Shown: positions 40,096-50,803, numbered from the stretch's first letter. The stretch: DNA of 64,000 nucleotides from an uncultured delta proteobacterium (GCA_963771175.1 CAVYSY010000031.1:223437-287436), one strand, 5' to 3'. Notes: generated by a model from the sequence alone, not told the origin. A program made the numbers and translations.

Positions 40096-41608
40096 TTACT
40101 GCGGCTCCGAGGACAGGATGAGGTCGCCCTTGGCGAGGAACTCCGCCTCGGTGAAGGACTTGTAGAAGTCCTCCAGCATCGCGTCGATGTCCGGGTAGCG
40201 CTGCTCGCCCCGGTCCTGGGTCATCTTGTCGAAGATGGCGTCCAGACCGGCGGGGGCCTCGGGGTTGACCTCGGAGGGCAGCGGCGAGCGGCGACCGGGA
40301 ATCTGCCCGGTGAGCATCTCGTAGAGGAGGATGCCCAGCCCGTAGACGTCCGCGGCGGGACCGGCCTCCTTCGCGCGCTGCGGCTGGATGAGCTCGGGGG
40401 CCAGGTACACCATGCCGCCGGCGCCCACGAAGACCTGGGGCAGGCCCTTGGAGGCATCCTGCTCCACCACGCGGCCGAGGCCGAAGTCGCCCAGCTTCGC
40501 GTTGCCGTAGACGTCGAAGAGGACGTTCTCCGGCTTGAGGTTGTGGTGGGTGAGGCCCACGACGTGCGCGGCGCGCAGCGCGTAGGCGAGCTGCAGGAAG
40601 CAGCGCATGGCGACGGGCACCGGCACGCCCTTGCCCCCGCCCTCGTCCAGCTTGCCCTTGAGGCTGCCGTGCAGCAGCTCCAGCACGTAGTAGGGCCGGG
40701 CCGTCTCCGTGTTCTGGTCCAGCACCTGGACGATGCCCGGGTGGCGCACCTGGGCCTGGGCGCACAGCTCCTTCTTCAGCCGCTTGAGCACCTCACCGCG
40801 CTGGAGGAAGGAGAAGTAGCCGAAGATGTCCTTCAGCTCCTTGACGCAGATGTCCAGCCCGAGCGCGTTGAAGCGGCCCTTGTACGCGGTGCCGAGCGGC
40901 CCGGTGCCGAGGGAGTCCAGCTTCTGGTAGCGCTGATCCAACAGCTCGGCGGCCTTCGAAGTGGAGGAAGTGGCCAGCGGGGGTACGGGCGCGGGAGCGG
41001 GCATGGGAGCACGGAATGAACAGGAGCGGCGGCCATCGGCGGCACGGAAGGCACTGGCACGGCGGGCGGCGGAGGCACCGCGTCGTTGCGCACGCTGGCC
41101 ATCCGGCGGGCGGCACGGGCGCGGCGTGTGCCGCCTCCACCCCGAACGGGCCAAACGAGCCGGACGGGCGGGCCCTCGGCAGGGCGGGGGGCTGCTCCAC
41201 GGGCGGCAGCACCTCGTTCTCCTCGAGGAGGATGTCCGGCGGGGGCGGAGGCCTCCTCCTCGGGTTCGACCCCTCGTCGCTGGCCGGGGCGGAGTCGTCC
41301 GACTGGAGCTGCTCGGCGCAGAACTCGTCCACCTCCACGCCGAACTTCTCCTGCAGCTCGCCGTCCACCACGCGCTCGCCCTGCTCGGTGAGCCGGAGCT
41401 GCGCCTCCCGGGGATCCAGGGCGATGTAGAGGTACTTGCGGAGGAAGAAGTAGTAGCTGTCGAACTCCAGCGAGACGGACGGCTCGAGCGCGGCCTTCAC
41501 ATCGGCCAGCTTGCTCGAACGTCCCAGACGGCCGTTCTCCCTCAGACTCTGGAGGATGAACAGCGCCTCGCCGCTAAAGGTGTCGCGGTGGATGGCGGGC
41601 TTGGGCAT
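40096..41608 (-). CDS. Ser/Thr-kinase-fold protein, probable pseudokinase, with an N-terminal helical domain; frameshifted linker
   Basis: LGTGPLG, CVKE, HHNLKPEN, DFG and YLAPE; the N-terminal domain is in ORF 40793-41608. Confidence 0.8.
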
Positions 41609-41669
41609 GCGCCCCGGACTCTACGCCTTCCCGGCCCCCTGCCTCAACGTGGGGCCGCCCGGCCGAGCG

Positions 41670-42437
41670 TCAGGGAATGTGCAGCAGCTGCTTCACCGTC
41701 TCCAGCACTTCCTGGAAACGCACCGGCTTGCGCAGGTAGATGTCCACGCCGAGCTGCATGGCGCGCTCGCGCGCCTCCGGCCCGCCCGCGGAGATGGCCA
41801 CCACGGGAATGGACTTGAGCAGCGCCTCCGCGCGGATGCGCTCGATCAGCGCGAAGCCGTCCATCACCGGCATGTACAGGTCCGTCATCACCAGGCTGAA
41901 GCGGCCCTGGCGCTCCAGGAGCTGCTGTAGCGCGTGGTGCCCGTCCGGCGACGAAGTGGACCTCCAGCGGTACCTTCCCCGCCAGCTCGCCGCTCGCCAG
42001 CTTCTTGAGGACGTAGCTGTACATCTCGACGATGTGCGGGTTGTCCTCGACGATGAGCACACGGTAGCCCTCGCGTTGGGAGGGCCGCCCTGGTCCGACG
42101 CGCGGGTCTGTCCTGGCGAACTCAAGATTTCACCCAGATCGCTGCCGGTCCTGATCGCGCACCACACGGATGCCGACACCACCCGGCACCTCGGCCGTCG
42201 CTGGCCGTACCCAGGCCACCGTCCCGACGACTTCTACCGGATTCAGGAGCCCCGGGAAAGAAAGTGCCAGCCCCACCTTCTTGACCCAGCAGTGAAGGCC
42301 GCTCGGTCTGCACGAAGAGCCCCCCCTTGGAGAGGTTCTCCGTCACCGCCACCAGTCCGGCGCCTGATCCGGGAAGCGCACCCGCAGCACGAATGGCACT
42401 CGGGACTGTCGCGCTGGTCGTCTGATCCCCGATTCAT
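41670..42437 (-). CDS. PilZ (TIGR02266-like) plus receiver-domain protein, heavily frameshifted
   Basis: QRDSP..., TENLSKGGLFVQT; C-terminal LIVEDNPH, MTDLYMPVMDG and YLRKP. Confidence 0.75.
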
Positions 42438-42541
42438 AACAAGGGCTTGAAATCGCTCGGCATTTCGCTGATGGCGCGCAGTGTAGCGTCGTGGGTTTAT
42501 CGTTGACAACGAAGCCATTCGGGACTTACGAAGCGCCCGCC

Positions 42542-43029
42542 ATGGCGGAGCCCCTGTTCACCCCCGAAGAGCAGAAGAAGTTCGATGCGGAGATCGCCGA
42601 GATCCTCTCGCACTATCCCGCGGATCGTAAAAGCGCCGCGATGCTGCCCGCCCTGCGGCTGCTTCAGGAGCTGAAGGGCTGGTTGCCCCCCGAGGGGCTG
42701 CAGCTGGTGGCCAGCCGGCTGGGCGTCACTCCGGAGCGCGCCTATGAAGTGGCGAGCTTCTACGTGATGTACCACCTCAAGAAGCCCGGGAAGTACGTGG
42801 TCGACGTGTGCACCAATCTCTCCTGCTCCCTGTGGGGCGCGGAGAAGATGCTCGCCTACCTGGAGCAGAAGCTCGGCCTGAAGGCCGGTGAGGCGAACGA
42901 GCGCTTCACCTGCGCGAGACCGAGTGCCTGGCCTCTTGCGGCACCGCGCCGTGCCTGCAGATCAACGAGGACCACCACGAGAGCCTGACGAAGGCCAAGG
43001 TCGACGCCATCTTCGACAAGCTCTCCTGA
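42542..43029 (+). CDS. nuoE: NADH-quinone oxidoreductase subunit E, frameshift near 42910
   Basis: AMLPALRLLQ, EVASFYVMY, VCTNLSC and ECLASCGTAP (2Fe-2S ligands). Confidence 0.92.
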
Positions 43030-43054
43030 ACTCCTCCATAAGGACCTGATTTCC

Positions 43055-44389
43055 ATGGCGACAACGGCATTCGAACCGATCATCACGAGCGCCTGGGGGA
43101 AGCCCAACTCCTGGACGCTGGATGAGTACAAGAAGCGCGGAGGCTACAAGGGGCTGGAGAAGGCCCTGGAGATGACGCCGGCGCAGATCATCGACGAGGT
43201 GAAGAAGTCCAACCTGCGCGGCCGCGGCGGCGCGGGCTTCCCCACGGGCCTCAAGTGGAGCTTCGTCCCCAAGGACAGCCCCAAGCCCAAGTACCTGGCG
43301 GTCAACGGCGACGAGTCCGAGCCGGGCACCTTCAAGGACCGCTACATCCTCGAGAATGACCCGCACATGATGCTCGAGGGCATCGCCATCGCCTCCTTCG
43401 CGCTGGGCGTGCACACCTGCTACGTGTACCTGCGCGGCGAGTTCAAGTTCCAGGCGGAGCGCGCCAACGCGGCCATCAAGGAGGCCTACGCCGCCGGCAT
43501 CTTCGGCAAGAAGATGCTGGGCAAGGACTTCAAGCTCGACTGCTACGTGGTGCGCGGCGCCGGCGCCTACATCTGCGGCGAGGAGACGGCGCTGCTCGAG
43601 AGCCTCGAGGGCAAGAAGGGCTGGCCCCGCCTCAAGCCGCCGTTCCCCGCGGTGGTGGGCCTGTTCGGCAGCCCCACGGTGGTGAACAACGTGGAGACGC
43701 TCGCCAGCGTGCCCCACGTCTTCACCCGCGGCGCCGGCTGGTACGCCGGGCTGGGCACCGACAAGTCCGGTGGGACGCGCCTGGTGTGCCTCTCGGGCAC
43801 GGTGAACCGACCGGGCGTGTACGAGGTGCCGCTGGAGACCACCTTCACCCAGCTCATCTTCGACGACAAGTACGGCCGGGGCCTGCCCGCGGGCCGCAAG
43901 GTGAAGGCCGTCATCCCCGGCGGCTCGTCGGCCCCCATCCTCAGCCCGGACGAGCTCGACATCGCCATGGAGTTCGAGGCCGTCAAGGTGAAGCAGACCA
44001 TGGCGGGCTCCGGCGGCGTCATCGTGATGGATGACACCACCTGCATGGTGCGCAGCCTGTGGCGCGTGGCGCGCTTCTACGCCGAGGAGTCCTGCGGCCA
44101 GTGCACCCCGTGCCGCGAGGGCACCCCGTGGCAGACGCGCCTGCTGCGAAAAATCGAAGAGGGCCGCGGCGAGCCGGGCGACGTGCAGATTCTCAGCAAC
44201 GTGGCGTCCTCCATCGCGCCCTACCCGCCCATCGGCCTCGGCAACACCATCTGCGCGCTGGGTGATGCCGCGGCGCTGCCGACCCATTCCTTCCTCATGC
44301 GCTTCCGCGACGAGTTCGAGGCGCACATCCGCGAGCACCGCTGCCCGTTCGGCGACAAGCCCTGGGGCGCGTTCGGAGACTGGTCGTGA
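43055..44389 (+). CDS. nuoF: NADH-quinone oxidoreductase subunit F
   Basis: LRGRGGAGFPTG, NGDESEPG, GAGAYICGEET, ESCGQCTPCREG. Confidence 0.97.
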   Translation: MATTAFEPIITSAWGKPNSWTLDEYKKRGGYKGLEKALEMTPAQIIDEVKKSNLRGRGGAGFPTGLKWSFVPKDSPKPKYLAVNGDESEPGTFKDRYILENDPHMMLEGIAIASFALGVHTCYVYLRGEFKFQAERANAAIKEAYAAGIFGKKMLGKDFKLDCYVVRGAGAYICGEETALLESLEGKKGWPRLKPPFPAVVGLFGSPTVVNNVETLASVPHVFTRGAGWYAGLGTDKSGGTRLVCLSGTVNRPGVYEVPLETTFTQLIFDDKYGRGLPAGRKVKAVIPGGSSAPILSPDELDIAMEFEAVKVKQTMAGSGGVIVMDDTTCMVRSLWRVARFYAEESCGQCTPCREGTPWQTRLLRKIEEGRGEPGDVQILSNVASSIAPYPPIGLGNTICALGDAAALPTHSFLMRFRDEFEAHIREHRCPFGDKPWGAFGDWS

Positions 44390-44901
44390 ACGTCGAGCTG
44401 GTTCTCTTTGGAGCCTTCGCGCTCCTGACGCTGCTGTCCGCCGGGCTGGTCATCTTCGCGAAGAACGCCATCAGCTCCGCCATGGCGCTGGTGGCCACGT
44501 TCTTCTTCCTGGCCGGCATCTACGTGCTGCTGTGGGCCCACACCGTGGCGGTGCTGCAGGTGCTGGTCTACGCGGGCGCCATCATGGTGCTCTTCCTCTT
44601 CGTCATCATGCTGCTCAACCTGGGCGAGTCGAGCTCGTCCGGGCCGAGGCTGACGCTCTCGCGGATTGCCGGCGGAGCGGCGGCGGCGGGGCTGCTGGTG
44701 GTGCTGGTGGTGGCCATCTGGAAGATGCCGGTGCGCGCCGAGCAGTTCGCGGGCCCTCAGGCGGTGGCCAGCGGCTTCGGCACCCTGGCGGTCATCGGAC
44801 AGACCATCTTCACCAAGTGGCTGCTGCCCTTCGAAGCGGTGAGCTTGCTGCTGCTGGTGGCCATGGTGGGCGCGGTGGTCGTCGCCAAGTCGAGGATCTG
44901 A
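44386..44901 (+). CDS. nuoJ: NADH-quinone oxidoreductase subunit J
   Basis: QVLVYAGAIMVLFLFVIMLL, LPFEAVSLLLLVAMVGAV. Confidence 0.95.
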   Translation: MNVELVLFGAFALLTLLSAGLVIFAKNAISSAMALVATFFFLAGIYVLLWAHTVAVLQVLVYAGAIMVLFLFVIMLLNLGESSSSGPRLTLSRIAGGAAAAGLLVVLVVAIWKMPVRAEQFAGPQAVASGFGTLAVIGQTIFTKWLLPFEAVSLLLLVAMVGAVVVAKSRI

Positions 44902-44904
44902 CCC

Positions 44905-45207
44905 ATGGTTCCCATTTCCTACTATCTGATCCTCGCCGCCGCGCTGTTCTGCCTCGGCATGTTCGGCGTGCTCATCCGCCGCAACGCACTGGTGGTCTTC
45001 ATGTGCGTGGAGCTGATGATGAACGCGGCGAACCTGACGTTCCTCGCCTTCGCCAAGCAGACCGGTGACTTCACCGGCCACGTGTCCGCCTTCTTCGTCA
45101 TCGCAGTCGCCGCGGCCGAGGCCTCCATCGGTCTGGCCATCGTCATCGCGGTGTTCCGCAGCCGCGGCAGCATCAATATCGATGACATGCGGACGATGAA
45201 GCACTGA
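44905..45207 (+). CDS. nuoK: NADH-quinone oxidoreductase subunit K
   Basis: RRNALVVFMCVELMMNAANL, AVAAAEASIGLA. Confidence 0.95.
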   Translation: MVPISYYLILAAALFCLGMFGVLIRRNALVVFMCVELMMNAANLTFLAFAKQTGDFTGHVSAFFVIAVAAAEASIGLAIVIAVFRSRGSINIDDMRTMKH

Positions 45208-45247
45208 TGCACCGGCCCCTCATTTTGTCCTCCTAGAGAGCCCATCC

Positions 45248-47479
45248 ATGGATGCCCTCAAGCAGTTCTTCATGACCGCGCCGGTGGACCCCGCCGTCTT
45301 CGCGCAGTCACTGTGGCTCATCATCGCGCTGCCCCTGCTGGGCGCGTTCGTGTGTGGCGTGTTCGGCAAGATGCTCGGCCGCGCCAACGTGAACCTCATC
45401 GCCTCCGCGACGGTGGCCGGTTCCTTCGTGCTGTCCGTGCTGGCCTTCTGGTCGGTCAGCCACGTGTCGGGCGGCAGCCCGGTGTCGATCGACAACGCCT
45501 TCTCGACCGGCAGCATCCGCTACGCCATCGCCCATGACTATGGCACCTGGTTCAGCGCCGGCACGTTCCGGGTGAACTTCGGCCTGATGGTGGACCACCT
45601 GTCGGGGACGCTCCTGCTGGTCATCACCGGCGTGGGCTTCCTCATCCACCTGTACTCCACCAGCTACATGGAGCACGACGAGGCCTACTGGCGGTACTTC
45701 GCGTACCTCAACCTCTTCGTGGCCGCCATGCTCACGCTGGTGCTCGCCGACAACCTCGTCCTGCTCTTCGTGGGCTGGGAGGGCGTCGGTATGGCCAGCT
45801 ACCTGCTCATCGGCTTCTGGTACTCGGACGCGGCCAAGGCGTGGGCGGGCCGCAAGGCGTTCATCACCAACCGCATCGGTGACTTCGCCTTCCTCATCGC
45901 CACCTTCCTGGTGGTGATGCTGGTGAGCGCCTTCAACAGCCAGGCCAACCCGGGCAACTTCGCCCAGGTGGGTGGCAACGCCGAGTCCGTGCAGGTGCGC
46001 TTCCGCGACGGCCTGCAGCAGAAGGGCCCCGTGACCTTCCAGGGCCTGGAGGTCATGGCCAACGCGCTGCCCTCGGCGGAGGGCACGCAGGCCGCCGTCA
46101 CCCTGCAGAGCACCATCACGGACGGTCCGCTGGCGGGCCGCACCTTCGGTGGCGTGCTGACGGTGGCGCTGCTGCTGTTCCTGCTCGGCGCCGCGGGCAA
46201 GAGCGCCCAGTTCCCGCTGTACGTCTGGCTGCCGGACGCCATGGCCGGCCCGACGCCCGTCTCCGCCCTCATCCACGCGGCGACGATGGTCACCGCGGGC
46301 GTCTACCTCTTCGCCCGCATGAGCTACCTGCTGGTGATGAGCCCCACCGCCATGGTGACGGTGGCCATCATCGGTGCGCTCACCTCGCTGATCGCCGCGC
46401 TCATCGCCTTCGCGCAGGACGACATCAAGAAGGTGCTCGCCTACTCCACGGTGTCGCAGCTGGGCATCATGTTCATGGGCGTGGGCGCGGGCATCTTCTG
46501 GGCGGCGGTGCTGCACCTCGTCACCCACGCGTTCTTCAAGGCCTGCCTCTTCCTCGGCGCCGGCAGCGTCATGCACGGCAACGCGGACGAGACGGACATC
46601 AAGAAGCTGGGCGGCCTGCGTCACGAGATGAAGTGGACGTGGGGCACCTTCATGGTGGCCACCCTGGCCATCACCGGTATCGTCCCGCTCTCCGGCTTCT
46701 TCTCCAAGGACGCCATCTTCCACGGCGTGCACCACAACCACCTGCACGGCTTCGAGGGCGCCATGCACGCCCTGTACTACGTGGGCCTCCTCATCGCGGC
46801 GTGCACGGCCTTCTACATGTCGCGCGTGTACCTGCTGACCTTCGAGGGCAAGCGCTCGCCGGAGGCGAAGATTGCCCACGCGCACGAGAGCGCCTGGCAC
46901 ATGACGCTGCCGCTGGTGGTGCTGGCGGTGCTCAGCGTGGTGTCGCTGGTGTACGCGCTGCCGCTGATGCCGGGTCGCGCCGGCCCGCAGCCGGTGATGG
47001 AGAACTTCCTGGGCCCCGTGTTCGCGAGCGCCGAGCGCATCGCCGGGCGCGGCGAGCTGGTGAAGCTGGACCACAGCGTCCCGAGCATCGTGGACTACGT
47101 CTTCGCGTGGCTGGTGGCGCTGTCGGGCGGCGTGGCGGCGGCCTTCCTGTACATGAAGTACTTCCCCGCGCAGGTGGGCAAGCCGGTCCCGGCCTTCGCC
47201 CGCTCGGTGCAGCGCTTCACGCAGAACAAGTTCTACGTGGATGAGGCCTACGAGTTCCTGGTCATCCGGCCGGTGAAGAACGTGAGCGCCATCCTCTACA
47301 AGCTGGTGGACACGCTCCTCATCGACACGGTGGCGGTGCGCGGCACGGCGTGGGTGACCGCCCGCGTCGGCAGCGCCCTGCGCTACGTGCAGACGGGAGA
47401 CGCACAGGCCTATGCCGCGGTGATGGCCCTGGCCCTGCTCGGCGGCGCGGTGTACGCCCTCATCCAGGTGCTGCAATGA
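45248..47479 (+). CDS. nuoL: NADH-quinone oxidoreductase subunit L
   Basis: GWEGVG, NRIGD, GKSAQFPLYVWLPDAMAGPTPVSALIHAATMV, HAFFKACLF. Confidence 0.96.
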   Translation: MDALKQFFMTAPVDPAVFAQSLWLIIALPLLGAFVCGVFGKMLGRANVNLIASATVAGSFVLSVLAFWSVSHVSGGSPVSIDNAFSTGSIRYAIAHDYGTWFSAGTFRVNFGLMVDHLSGTLLLVITGVGFLIHLYSTSYMEHDEAYWRYFAYLNLFVAAMLTLVLADNLVLLFVGWEGVGMASYLLIGFWYSDAAKAWAGRKAFITNRIGDFAFLIATFLVVMLVSAFNSQANPGNFAQVGGNAESVQVRFRDGLQQKGPVTFQGLEVMANALPSAEGTQAAVTLQSTITDGPLAGRTFGGVLTVALLLFLLGAAGKSAQFPLYVWLPDAMAGPTPVSALIHAATMVTAGVYLFARMSYLLVMSPTAMVTVAIIGALTSLIAALIAFAQDDIKKVLAYSTVSQLGIMFMGVGAGIFWAAVLHLVTHAFFKACLFLGAGSVMHGNADETDIKKLGGLRHEMKWTWGTFMVATLAITGIVPLSGFFSKDAIFHGVHHNHLHGFEGAMHALYYVGLLIAACTAFYMSRVYLLTFEGKRSPEAKIAHAHESAWHMTLPLVVLAVLSVVSLVYALPLMPGRAGPQPVMENFLGPVFASAERIAGRGELVKLDHSVPSIVDYVFAWLVALSGGVAAAFLYMKYFPAQVGKPVPAFARSVQRFTQNKFYVDEAYEFLVIRPVKNVSAILYKLVDTLLIDTVAVRGTAWVTARVGSALRYVQTGDAQAYAAVMALALLGGAVYALIQVLQ

Positions 47480-49161
47480 GCTTCTTCGACAACCATCTGC
47501 TCAACCTCGTCATCTACCTGCCGCTCGTCTTCGCGGCGCTCGTGTGGATGCTGCCCGGCGGTGAGCGCGGGCAGATTCGCACCGTCACGTTCATCGGCAT
47601 GCTGGTGGACGCCGTCTTCGGGCTCTGGGCCTACCTGCGCTTCGAGCCGGGCGGCCCCGAGTTCCAGCTCGAGTACCGCGCGCGCTGGCTGGAGCAGCTC
47701 GGCGTCAGCTACCACATCGGCGTGGACGGCCTGGCCATCAGCCTGCTGCTGCTCACCGTCTTCCTGGGGCCCCTGGTGGTGATGGCCTCGCAGACGTACA
47801 TCACCGAGCGGGTGAAGGAGTTCCACCTCTCGCTGCTGGTGCTGCAGACGGTGATGATGGGCGCGCTGGTGTCCCTGGACGTGCTGCTCTTCTACGTCTT
47901 CTGGGAGGCCATGCTCATCCCCATGTACCTGCTGGTGGGTGTGTGGGGCGCCGAGGATCGCCAGATGGCGGCGGTGAAGTTCTTCCTCTACACCCTGGCG
48001 GGCTCGCTGCTGATGCTGGTGGCCATCGTCGCCCTGTACTTCATCAGCAGCACGCCGGGTCACCGCTCCTTCGACTACGCCACCATCTACAACAGCCTCA
48101 TCTCCGCCAACCGGGAGATGTCCGCGTGCATGGCCGCCGGTGACTGCTCGCAGCTCACGGGGCTGGCCAGCATGCTGCACCGCTGGGGCCCGTGGCTCTT
48201 CGCCGCCTTCGCCCTGGCCTTCGCCATCAAGGTGCCGATGTGGCCCGTGCACACGTGGTTGCCCGACGCCCACGTGCAGGCGCCCGTGGCCGGCTCCATG
48301 ATTCTGGCCGGCGTGATGCTGAAGATGGGCACCTTCGGCTTCTGGCGCTACGCGATTCCCTTCTTCCCGGTGGCGACGCAGCAGGCCCGGCCCTTCCTGT
48401 CCGCCCTGGCGGTGATTGGCATCGTCTACGGCGCGCTGATGTGCCTGGCGCAGCGAGACATCAAGAAGCTCATCGCCTACTCGTCGGTCAGCCACCTGGG
48501 CTACTGCATGCTGGGCATGCTGGCCCTCACCAACGAGGGCGCCACCGGTAGCGCCTACCAGATGCTCAACCACGGCGTGTCCACGGGCGCGCTGTTCCTC
48601 CTGTTCGGCTTCATCTACGAGCGGCGCCACACCCGCCTCATGTCCGACTACGGCGGCATCGCGCGGGTGATGCCGGTGTTCACGGCGGCCTTCGTCATCA
48701 TCACGTTCTCGTCCATCGCGGTGCCGGGCACCAACGGCTTCGTGGGCGAGTTCCTGGTGCTGCTGGGCACCTTCAAGAGCAACCTGGGCCTCGGCTTCGG
48801 CGTCCTGGCCACCCTGGGCGTCATCCTCGGCGCGGCGTACATGCTGTGGATGGTGCAGAAGGTGTTCTTCGGCCCCCTCACCCACCGTGAGAACCAGCAC
48901 CTGACGGACCTGAGCCTCCGCGAGTTCGCCACCGTGGCGCCCTTCCTCGTCCTCGTGGCGGTGATGGGCCTGATGCCCCAGCCCTTCCTGGACCGCATCA
49001 ACCCGTCCACCGAGCGTTTCATCAAGCGCGCCAGCGTGGGCGCTCCCGGCACCCAGCTGCAGCCCGCCGACGTGCAGATCTCCGTGATGGGGCTGCCCGC
49101 CGCCGACGTGGCCGCTGCCCCCACCGCCCAGCCGTCCGGCATGTTCGCCGACCGGCGCTAG
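47476..49161 (+). CDS. nuoM: NADH-quinone oxidoreductase subunit M
   Basis: FYVFWEAMLIP, KVPMWPVHTWLPDAH, LIAYSSVSH; ATGA overlap with nuoL. Confidence 0.96.
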   Translation: MSFFDNHLLNLVIYLPLVFAALVWMLPGGERGQIRTVTFIGMLVDAVFGLWAYLRFEPGGPEFQLEYRARWLEQLGVSYHIGVDGLAISLLLLTVFLGPLVVMASQTYITERVKEFHLSLLVLQTVMMGALVSLDVLLFYVFWEAMLIPMYLLVGVWGAEDRQMAAVKFFLYTLAGSLLMLVAIVALYFISSTPGHRSFDYATIYNSLISANREMSACMAAGDCSQLTGLASMLHRWGPWLFAAFALAFAIKVPMWPVHTWLPDAHVQAPVAGSMILAGVMLKMGTFGFWRYAIPFFPVATQQARPFLSALAVIGIVYGALMCLAQRDIKKLIAYSSVSHLGYCMLGMLALTNEGATGSAYQMLNHGVSTGALFLLFGFIYERRHTRLMSDYGGIARVMPVFTAAFVIITFSSIAVPGTNGFVGEFLVLLGTFKSNLGLGFGVLATLGVILGAAYMLWMVQKVFFGPLTHRENQHLTDLSLREFATVAPFLVLVAVMGLMPQPFLDRINPSTERFIKRASVGAPGTQLQPADVQISVMGLPAADVAAAPTAQPSGMFADRR

Positions 49162-49177
49162 TCGAGAGTCACCATCC

Positions 49178-50740
49178 ATGAACCTGCCTACCCTGACCTC
49201 GGCGGACTTCCTCCCGCTCATCCCCGCCATCATCCTGGTGGTGGGCGCGTGCGTCCTGCTGCTCTCGGAGGTGTTCCTCACTCCGAACTCGTCGCGCGGC
49301 TACCAGGCGGTGCTGGCGTCGGCCACGTCCATCATCGCCGGCCTCGTGTCCCTGGGGATTCTGTTCGAGCCGGCGCGCGAGGTGTTCCTCGGCTTCGGCG
49401 CGCTGGACCCCTTCTCCAGCTTCCTGACCTTCATCGTCTGCGTGGCGCTGGCGCTGGCGACGCTCACCTCGGCCGCCTTCCTGCGCAAGCGCGGCGCCGA
49501 GCGCGGTGAGTTCTACGCGCTGATGCTCTTCTCCGGCGCGGGCATGAGCCTGCTGGGCATGTCCAACGAGCTCATCACCGTCTTCGTCAACATCGAGATC
49601 CTCTCCCTCGCCACGTACGCGCTGACGTCCTTCCTGCGGCGCGGCACGCGGCCGAGCGAGGCGGGCTTCAAGTACTTCATCCTCGGCGCCTTCTCCTCGG
49701 CGATCCTGCTGTACGGCGCGGCGCTGCTGTACGGCGCCACCGGCACCACGCTGCTGTCGGACATGGTGCAGCCGCTGAGGAACGCGATGGGCACCAACAA
49801 CGCGCCGCTCGTCTACGTTGGCGCGGTGCTGGTGGCCGCCGGCTTCGCCTTCAAGGTGGCCGCGGTGCCCTTCCACATGTGGACGCCGGACGTGTACGAG
49901 GGCGCCCCCACCCCCGTCACCGCGCTGATGAGCGCGGGCGTGAAGGCCGCCGCCTTCGTCGCCCTGGTGCGCGTGTTCGTCACCGTGGGCAGCGGCATCG
50001 ACGCGAAGCTGCCCTTCGCCATCTTCTCCACCCTGGCGGTCCTCACCATGGTGGCGGGCAACCTGATGGCCCTCCCGCAGCGCAACGTGAAGCGCATGCT
50101 GGCCTACTCCTCCATCGCCCACGCCGGCTACCTGCTGCTGGGCGTGGCGGCCCTCTTCGCCACCCAGCCGGGCCAGGAGTTCCGCCTGCTCGGTCCCACC
50201 GCCCTGGTGGGCGCCAGCCCCGAGCTGGTGACGCGCGTCGAGGCCCTGCGCAGCATCCTCTTCTACCTGCTCGCCTACACCGTCACCGCGGTGGGTGCCT
50301 TCGGCATCATCTCCGTCCTGGAGCGCCGCGAGGACGAGGAGAAGGGCACCGCCTGGGACCTCGAGCGCTTCAGCGGTCTGGCCCAGCGCCGGCCGGGTTG
50401 GGCCTTCGCCATGGCCGCCTTCATGCTGTCGCTCGCCGGCATTCCGCCCACCGTCGGCTTCCTCGGAAAGCTGCTGCTCTTCCGCGCCGCGGTGGACGCG
50501 GGCCTCGTCGGCCTCACCATCATCGCGGTGCTCGCCAGCGCGGCCGGCGCCTATTACTACCTGCGCATCGTCGTCTACATGTACATGCGGCCCGTCCCCG
50601 AGGGCGCCCACGTCCTGGAGCGCAACTGGATGACGGAGGTGGCCCTCATCGTCTCCACCGTCGCCGTGGTGGTGCTGGGCATCATCCCCGGCCCCGTCGC
50701 CGAGTGGATCGCCCAGGCCGGCACCATCTTCAGCCGCTGA
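49178..50740 (+). CDS. nuoN: NADH-quinone oxidoreductase subunit N
   Basis: EAGFKYFILG, FKVAAVPFHMWTPDVYEGAP, KRMLAYSSIAHAGY. Confidence 0.96.
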   Translation: MNLPTLTSADFLPLIPAIILVVGACVLLLSEVFLTPNSSRGYQAVLASATSIIAGLVSLGILFEPAREVFLGFGALDPFSSFLTFIVCVALALATLTSAAFLRKRGAERGEFYALMLFSGAGMSLLGMSNELITVFVNIEILSLATYALTSFLRRGTRPSEAGFKYFILGAFSSAILLYGAALLYGATGTTLLSDMVQPLRNAMGTNNAPLVYVGAVLVAAGFAFKVAAVPFHMWTPDVYEGAPTPVTALMSAGVKAAAFVALVRVFVTVGSGIDAKLPFAIFSTLAVLTMVAGNLMALPQRNVKRMLAYSSIAHAGYLLLGVAALFATQPGQEFRLLGPTALVGASPELVTRVEALRSILFYLLAYTVTAVGAFGIISVLERREDEEKGTAWDLERFSGLAQRRPGWAFAMAAFMLSLAGIPPTVGFLGKLLLFRAAVDAGLVGLTIIAVLASAAGAYYYLRIVVYMYMRPVPEGAHVLERNWMTEVALIVSTVAVVVLGIIPGPVAEWIAQAGTIFSR

Positions 50741-50763
50741 GCTCCGAAGCCACTCGCTTCACC

Positions 50764-50794
50764 GACGCCCGGGCGCACTCCGCCCGGGCGTTTT
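50764..50794 (+). terminator. Rho-independent terminator of the nuo operon
   Basis: gacgcccgggcg-cactc-cgcccgggcgtttt, between convergent nuoN and GNAT. Confidence 0.8.
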
Positions 50795-50803
50795 CGTTGC
50801 GGG

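Noticed and set aside
45308..50611. Long minus-strand ORFs opposite nuoL, nuoM and nuoN
   Set aside because: Typical stop-free antisense frames in high-GC coding DNA; no motifs.
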